Shown: positions 61,105-64,000 of the stretch, one piece after another
Layout: each line of letters starts with the position of its first letter
How positions within the stretch are numbered: the first letter of the stretch is position 1
Origin: Methanobacteriota archaeon
GTDB lineage: Archaea > Thermoplasmatota > Thermoplasmata > SG8-5 > JAGLSY01
Reading direction: 5' to 3'
Assembly: GCA_020697715.1 (NCBI GenBank)
Contig: JAEHCO010000001.1
Span: 874,149 to 938,148 of the forward strand
DNA length: 64,000 nt
Made by a program: the position numbers and the translations under genes
Notes under the pieces: generated by a model
Seen by the model: only the letters and a program-made list of their open reading frames with translations
Told to the model about the DNA's origin: nothing
The model's database searches: none

Positions 61105-61241
61105 CAATACAGTCAATTCAATGACCGTATTGGTGGAGAACGATACACGTTCTCCAGTCACAAGGCGGAACGATGTTCCGATGGGGATGTGCCCGGAATG
61201 GTTGCCACCGATGCAGCCAGTTTCTAGATGGGTGAACCCAA
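61105..61241 (+). promoter_or_regulatory. Structured 5' leader of rpl15e (candidate eL15 ribosomal-protein leader)
   Basis: Successive hairpins caatac..gtattg, tggagaacg..cgttctcca, cggaac..gttccg and tggg-tgaa-ccca between a TATA-like element (~61075) and the RBS. Confidence 0.55.
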
Positions 61242-61265
61242 ATACTCCAAAAGGAGGGTGATACT

Positions 61266-61967
61266 ATCGCAGATGAAAAAGCAAAAGAAGTTGAAGAGCA
61301 GAGCGAAGAAGCTCCAGTCGAGACAGTAGAGGAGCCAGAATTCGTAGAGATAGGCCAGGAAGTGAAAGAACCAAAGCATCATGCCAGTTTGTATTCTCAC
61401 ATTGGTGAGGCCTGGAAAGTTCCAGCAAATTCATATGTCAAGGAACTCCAGTGGAGCAGGATGCAGGAATGGAGGCGTGAGAACACCTTCACAAGGGTCG
61501 ATCACCCAACAAGACTGGACAGGGCACGAAACTTGGGATACAAGGCAAAACAAGGATATGTCATTGTAAGAGCCAAGGTAAGGCGCGGATCTATGAGAAA
61601 GCCCAGGATAAACAAAGGTAGAAGGGCCAAGAGAAAGGGAGAGAAGAAGATCACAGCTGCCAAGAGCATACAGAGGATGGCCGAGGAAAGGACATCCAGG
61701 CACTATCCAAATCTCGAAGTTCTGAACTCATACTGGGTTGGAGAAGATGGTAAGCACAAGTATTACGAGATCATAATGGTCGATCCTCATCATCCTGTCA
61801 TCAAGGCAGATAAGAAGATCAATTGGATATGCGAACCACAGCACACACGCAGAGTTCAGCGCGGCCTGACATCAGCTGGAAAGCGCGGTAGAGCTCTTCA
61901 CAAGAAGGGTAAGGGCGTGGAGAAGGCCAGGCCATCCCGACGTGCGCACGACAAGAAGATTAAATGA
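61266..61967 (+). CDS. rpl15e: 50S ribosomal protein L15e with an acidic N-terminal extension
   Basis: [31 protein letters not shown] and RGLTSAG motifs. The frame is open upstream of the GTG at 61362 to an ATC at 61266, just after GGAGGGTGA. The start position is less certain than the product. Confidence 0.9.
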   Translation: MADEKAKEVEEQSEEAPVETVEEPEFVEIGQEVKEPKHHASLYSHIGEAWKVPANSYVKELQWSRMQEWRRENTFTRVDHPTRLDRARNLGYKAKQGYVIVRAKVRRGSMRKPRINKGRRAKRKGEKKITAAKSIQRMAEERTSRHYPNLEVLNSYWVGEDGKHKYYEIIMVDPHHPVIKADKKINWICEPQHTRRVQRGLTSAGKRGRALHKKGKGVEKARPSRRAHDKKIK

Positions 61968-62048
61968 TCAATGCACCAGCATGATCCCAACAAACATGCC
62001 CCGTCTGATTGACCCAATAGGGCCAAGGAGGGCGGGGTACTCTTATTA

Positions 62049-62180
62049 TTTTGTTAGCGAGTGACAGCGATGTCTCTGCAAAAAAGATGAACTTCTCGCG
62101 TTCAGAGCGAGAAGGAAAATTAAGCCCCGTCCCGAGAGACGCAGGGTCGGGGGTCCTTATCCACACCCAGCCTAACAAAA
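62049..62180. other. Structured 132-bp intergenic element with 9-bp terminal inverted repeats (ncRNA or MITE candidate)
   Basis: ttttgttag...ctaacaaaa ends; inner stems cttctcgc/gcgagaag and ccccgtccc/gggtcgggg; gtctct/agagac complementarity. Confidence 0.4.
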
Positions 62181-62182
62181 AT

Positions 62183-62218
62183 GTAGAAAGGTTCGCTAGC
62201 GATACCGAACCTTTCTAC
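62183..62218 (-). terminator. Terminator hairpin of the ThiI-like gene
   Basis: gtagaaaggttcg / cgaacctttctac 13-bp stem, followed by a T run on the minus strand. Confidence 0.75.
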
Positions 62219-62252
62219 CTTATCTGATATAAAATTTATCTTGCCAAATACT

Positions 62253-63146
62253 CTACGCTTTCTCAATCATTTCCAGCATATCCAAGACCTCTTGATCCGA
62301 CAGTCCGATCCTTGGATGGAATATCGGCAATGGAATATCCAACTTATTTTCATCCAGGTCTTTCAGGTCCCAGCCCAGTACCAATCCTTCGGCCTTCTTT
62401 CTCCTTGCCCATGTCATGATCAATTCCGGATTCTGGCTGATCGGAATGTCCGGTGTATGATTCTCGAAGTCCAGTAATTTCATATCTGGATCCCATGCCC
62501 ACAGGCTGTCGATGATACTCTCATCCTTTGGAAGAACGAATACACGGCATCCTCTTTTCATCATGAGCCAGATGGAAACAATATCCCTCCTGTTCTCCGC
62601 AATGCCGATCACCCTGCCCTGGCTGCCAAGAGGCATGCCGCCTGGCCCAGGTGTTTTGCCAATGAATAAGTAAGTTTTGTTCTGCCTGGTTTCTACAAAG
62701 ACCTCGACCTCGGGCTTGGTGAGGTTCACCTTCAGCTCAAGTTCTTCATTTGCTAGATAAATGGCAGATCCCACATCCCGTCCCAGGTCCACACTGGTAA
62801 AATCATGCTCGCCAGTTCTTCTGGCCCTGACCGCGAAATGCGTTCCCTTGCTGAGAAGGCCTTTTGATATGCCGATAGCTACTTTTTTGATATCCTCCAT
62901 GTCTGAGGTCGTTTCCACGACTTCAGAAAAGGAGACGATCCCAAAGACCCTTCTCAAAATGGTTCTGGCATCTTCCGCATTCTCCGTCCACAGATACACC
63001 CGTCCATAATCCGAGGTGGTTCTGCATTCCAATCCCATCTTCATGAAATGGTTTTGTATATTGTTGACGAGTATTCTCTGGAACCTCTCACGAACTGCCT
63101 TGCTCTTGAGACCTATCTCGCCATACCTTATCAGGAATTGTACCAT
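62253..63146 (-). CDS. THUMP-domain ThiI-like tRNA-binding protein with a degenerate PP-loop
   Basis: LIRYGEIGLKS, VFGIVSFS, FAVRARRTG, VNLTKP, GPGGMPLGSQG and LMMKRG motifs; the SGGxDS motif is absent. Confidence 0.8.
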   Translation of the reverse strand: MVQFLIRYGEIGLKSKAVRERFQRILVNNIQNHFMKMGLECRTTSDYGRVYLWTENAEDARTILRRVFGIVSFSEVVETTSDMEDIKKVAIGISKGLLSKGTHFAVRARRTGEHDFTSVDLGRDVGSAIYLANEELELKVNLTKPEVEVFVETRQNKTYLFIGKTPGPGGMPLGSQGRVIGIAENRRDIVSIWLMMKRGCRVFVLPKDESIIDSLWAWDPDMKLLDFENHTPDIPISQNPELIMTWARRKKAEGLVLGWDLKDLDENKLDIPLPIFHPRIGLSDQEVLDMLEMIEKA

Positions 63147-63359
63147 TCGAGGGCGAATAAGAGTGGATGTCAATAAGGTTTCGCCTGATGTTCGACCTAA
63201 TATTAGGCGTGGTCTTCTATGCCACACACACGATATTTTCAGTTTTAATAAATCAATCTAAAAATATATATGTATATTAACCAATACTATGCCAATAATT
63301 ATCTAAAAAGATCATTGGTTCATATCGAGTTCGATGGTCTTCAGGTTGGTGGAGGTTGC

Positions 63360-64000
63360 ATGGCTCGTAAAGGACATACACAAGAAGGCACTGTTCATTG
63401 TTCAGAATGTGGTTCTGGCATAGAGGGCAGTTCCACGACCTGCGAGCATTGTGGAGAGTCCCTGGATGGTGAATTCCAGGCAATGATATGTCCTTATTGC
63501 GGAACTGTTCTGGAAGGTGGTGCGAAGGATTGTTTTAACTGTGGGTTAAAATTCCAGGCCACAAGAGATGTCACCGCCCTTCGTAGTGAAGAGGATGAGG
63601 AATTCCTGTCAAGATTGCTTCAATGGGGCAAGACCCAGAAAGTGCCAGAGGCTCCTTCCCATGAGGATAAGAAAGAAGAAGAAGATGCTACAAAGATATT
63701 CTCCACTGTCCTTGGATCACAGCAACCCACTCCTGTTGTGGAAGAGAGCATCAAGGAGATCCAGAAGACCGCTGAAGAAGTTACTGAATTTGAAAAGCGA
63801 GAGCAGAGCATATTGAAGCTAGCCTCTCCATTACAGACTGCTCTGAAGGCAAGACGAGAATCACTCGACAAGGCCGAAGCAGAGACCAAGAGCATAAAAG
63901 ATGAGCTTAGCCAGATGTCCGATATGGATGATCCCGAGGCCATACAGAAACGTGCGGAATTGGAAAGACGTATGTCCAATATCTCCATCGAGAGGGATGA
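63360..64000 (+). CDS. Double-zinc-ribbon plus coiled-coil protein, runs off the window end
   Basis: ATG at 63360 after GGAGG; CSEC, CEHC, CPYC and CFNC motifs followed by a charged coiled coil; no stop codon before 64000. Confidence 0.8.
   Translation, partial: MARKGHTQEGTVHCSECGSGIEGSSTTCEHCGESLDGEFQAMICPYCGTVLEGGAKDCFNCGLKFQATRDVTALRSEEDEEFLSRLLQWGKTQKVPEAPSHEDKKEEEDATKIFSTVLGSQQPTPVVEESIKEIQKTAEEVTEFEKREQSILKLASPLQTALKARRESLDKAEAETKSIKDELSQMSDMDDPEAIQKRAELERRMSNISIERD

Noticed and set aside
61964-62008. C/D box sRNA (ATGATCA...CTGA)
   Set aside because: The C box is imperfect and overlaps the rpl15e stop codon, there are no convincing C'/D' boxes, and no target was identified.
62085-62120. 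Hammerhead ribozyme core (GATGA-stem-GAAA)
   Set aside because: It lacks the required CUGANGA (reads AAGAUGA) and I could not build stems I and III.
62049-62220. Integron attC site (GTTAG/CTAAC) or RNase P RNA (GGGGCTTA on the minus strand)
   Set aside because: The core sites are in the wrong order for attC and no closing GTTRRRY follows. The RNase P GAGGAAAGUCC and ACAGAA elements are absent and the element is too short.
7741-63227. Longer ORF-track starts for larA (7741), sucD (11726), aconitase (14403), aclB (16408), the 38889 and 51463 proteases and the ThiI-like gene (63227)
   Set aside because: Downstream starts fit the RBS position and/or the family N-terminus better; some extensions overlap neighbouring genes or hairpins.
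1086-63988. Numerous 60-230 aa ORFs antisense to or overlapping the long genes (e.g. 1522-2070, 11821-12501, 22510-23130, 47391-47837, 63620-63988)
   Set aside because: They are shadow frames of well-supported genes and have no recognisable motifs.

Overview
Archaeal DNA, probably an uncultured anaerobic Thermoplasmatota lineage (inferred from rpl15e, arcS, DUF835 and double-zinc-ribbon proteins, and GGAGG/GGTGA ribosome-binding sites). It has four blocks. (1) 2.4-21.8 kb: a TCA/reverse-TCA-type cluster (LarA-family racemase, two-subunit fumarase, sucCD, an HTH-less Lrp/AsnC-like protein, aconitase, two-subunit ATP citrate lyase, monomeric isocitrate dehydrogenase), divergent from a GlcD/GlcF-type FAD/Fe-S dehydrogenase. 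(2) 5.1-7.7 kb: an AT-rich islet with a putative HEPN protein and a TIR plus membrane-protein pair. (3) 24.7-59.7 kb: a 35-kb tandem array of eight secreted proteins sharing one ~170-aa tandem GWN-motif domain. Five are S8 subtilases, one is a triad-dead pseudo-subtilase and two are non-catalytic. They are combinatorial mosaics: six carry different passenger domains at the same site inside an FN3-like domain, two share 417 identical bp, and terminators and 5' hairpins are conserved across the array. (4) 59.9-64 kb: housekeeping genes, including rpl15e with a structured leader and an apparent ATC start, and an unexplained structured 132-bp element. Family assignments come from motif recognition by eye; no searches were run.
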